Below are positions 51,600-64,000 of a DNA stretch of 64,000 nucleotides, one piece after another. The stretch is from the human T2T-CHM13v2.0 reference genome, Homo sapiens. Under the pieces are notes generated by a model. The model was given only the letters and a program-made list of their open reading frames with translations. It did no database searches and was not told the origin of the DNA. Made by a program: the position numbers and the translations under genes. Position 1 is the stretch's first letter. Each line of letters starts with the position of its first letter. The stretch is from NCBI RefSeq assembly GCF_009914755.1, contig NC_060926.1. One strand, 5' to 3'.

Positions 51600-51879
51600 T
51601 TATCTCAAAACAAACAAACAAACAAACAAAAAACACCTGTTCTACAAAGCAAGGTGGTGGTTTTACAGTGAAAGTTGAAAAGTAGCTGAACTGCTGGAAT
51701 TGACCATACACCTTCTTAAATGTTCTTTTCCGAGCAGGTAAATGGATTAGACTAGAATCTTGCAACTACACAATCAGGGACTTCCTGAAATCTTATTTTC
51801 TGAGAAACTAAACAATTTTAGTGGTTCTTGAATTTTTGGTGATTTTAAAATGATACTCTTCTTTGATCAGCTCATAGAA

Positions 51880-56835
<4,956 letters not shown>

Positions 56836-56855
56836 GAAATCATTCTTTAAAAAAA

Positions 56856-57178
56856 TTTTTTTTTTTTTTTTTCATTTTAAGTTCAGGGGTACAAGTGCAG
56901 ATTTGTTACATAGGTAAACTTGTATCAAGGGGGTTTGTTGTACAGATTATTTCATCACCCAGGTAATTATTAAGCCTAGTACCCATTAGTTGTTTTTCCT
57001 GATCCTCTCACCCTCCGAAAGGCCCCAGCATGTATTGTTCCCCTCTATGTGTCCATGTGTTCTCTTCATTTAGCCCCCACTTATAAGTGAGAACATGTAG
57101 TATTTGATTTTCTGTACCTGTGTTAGTTTGCTAAAGAAAATGGCCTCCAGCTCCATCTGTATCCCTGCAAAGGACATG
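56856..57178 (-). mobile_element. 5'-truncated primate L1 (L1PA) 3' end
   Basis: Poly-T, then ttttaagttcaggggtacaagtgcag...cacttataagtgagaacatg...atggcctccagctccatc...gcaaaggacatg. Confidence 0.85.
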
Positions 57179-57354
57179 GAAATCATTCTTTTCCATGCAA
57201 AGAACCCCTTTTTTTGTATTTTAATATGGAAATAATTTCTTAGATTCAGCTTAATTGGAAAGCTATTATTTAAGGTCCTGCAGATGTGTTGGTGAAACAC
57301 ATCTGACTTATGGGATATATGATAATTCATTATTATAAACTTTTTTTTTGTAAG

Positions 57355-57404
57355 GCTTCCAGACAAGCTGCAGGAATTCCAGGGATTACTCCAACTGAAG
57401 AAAA
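57355..57404 (+). CDS. CYP20A1: CYP20A1 exon 2
   Basis: Acceptor tttttgtaag, then ASRQAAGIPGITPTEE(K), donor gtgagt. Phase 0-2; Pro/Gly hinge. Confidence 0.93.
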
Positions 57405-58194
57405 GTGAGTAATTATTTTCTTGGAATTAAGTAGAGTTAATTCTTCATTATTGATATCAAGACTAAACCATATTTTTAGCCAATCATGGTAGCTGTTGCC
57501 AGCTACTGAGGAGGTTGAGGTGGAAGATCGCTTAAGGCCAGGAGTTTAATGCTTCAGTGAGCTATGATTGTGCCACTGCACTCCAGCCTAGGCGACAGAG
57601 CCAGACCCTGTTTCTAAAAAAAATAAATAAGTAAAAAGAAAACTAAGGTTATTTTGTGGTAGGACTAGGCAGACAGATGGAATAGAGTAGGTAGTTCAGA
57701 AGACAAACCAAAATGATAAACCATATTTTTAGATCACTCATCTTATTCAATTCAATTCCTTTGATTGCCCTAAATTTACCTTGGCATGTAACCTAAACTT
57801 TGTTAACAGAAAGGAGGGTCGTGTAAATCAAAACATTTCATTGCTTTCACTTCCCCTTGCCAGAGAAAGCTGAAAAGAGGATTAAGATAGAAGGAAAGAA
57901 GGAAAAGATTGCCATAGCTGATCTGATGATTTTCACCAGCCGATGATGTCCATTGTCATCTCAGAATTAGGTGCTGGGAAAGTGGGATAGCTTTCCAGTA
58001 TCTAAGTCGGATGTTCCTATGGAGCTTTCTTATTTGGTTTGAAGTGTTAAGAATTCTTAAAATATCAGACAAATCCATATCTAAATATAACTATAGAAAT
58101 ATAGCAAGAAGGCAAATATAATTGAGTTTTGGATTTTGCAGTAATTTGAATTTCATGAACCTTTGTTCTCATTTATTGACACAGTTCAGAGTCA

Positions 58195-63656
<5,462 letters not shown>

Positions 63657-63806
63657 AAAAAATAAAAAATAAAAACAAGGGAATTATGAAAAACAGTTGC
63701 CATGCTTTCAGCTACAATTCTTTACCTCCCTGATCTCTTGTTCTCTTACAGGGTATCTTTTTGAGTGATTATTTTGTTACAGAAATATTTAATTTGTCTG
63801 TTTCAG

Positions 63807-63949
63807 TGGACCCTTTTGAAACCATGCTGAAGTCATTATTAAGGTATCAATCTGGTGGTGGCAGTGTGAGTGAAAACCACATGAGGAAAAAATTGTATGA
63901 AAATGGTGTGACTGATTCTCTGAAGAGTAACTTTGCCCTCCTCCTAAAG
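63807..63949 (+). CDS. CYP20A1: CYP20A1 exon 4
   Basis: Acceptor tttcag, then (L)DPFETMLKSLLRYQSGGGSVSENHMRKKLYENGVTDSLKSNFALLLK, donor gtaagg. Phase 1-0. Confidence 0.93.
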
Positions 63950-64000
63950 GTAAGGTGATAAGTAGTTTGGTCTAGTGTTCTACAACATAAATAATAGTAT

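Overview
Human-type genomic DNA that I recognise as the NBEAL1/CYP20A1 locus (2q33.2). Positions 1-28854 hold the last 12 coding exons of NBEAL1 (+). They encode 482 aa: the end of the BEACH domain, the WD40 repeats and the C-terminus. A long 3' UTR follows and probably ends near 36690. After ~13.8 kb of repeat-rich intergenic DNA come a CpG-island promoter and coding exons 1-4 of the orphan cytochrome P450 CYP20A1 (+, first 144 aa). All exon boundaries were derived by hand from GT-AG sites with continuous reading phase. Notable insertions: a full-length RPL12 retrocopy with an intact ORF, in sense inside an NBEAL1 intron; a TSD-flanked SVA lacking its 3' end and poly(A); a complete two-LTR THE1 provirus; dozens of Alus; and a ~370 bp TA/TG array grown inside an Alu tail. 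Nearly all other ORFs in the supplied track are repeat or GC-content artefacts. I see no evidence of a wholly new biological system. The best leads are retrotransposition oddities and candidate splicing or polyadenylation switches. Repeat subfamily names and repeat boundaries are by eye and approximate.
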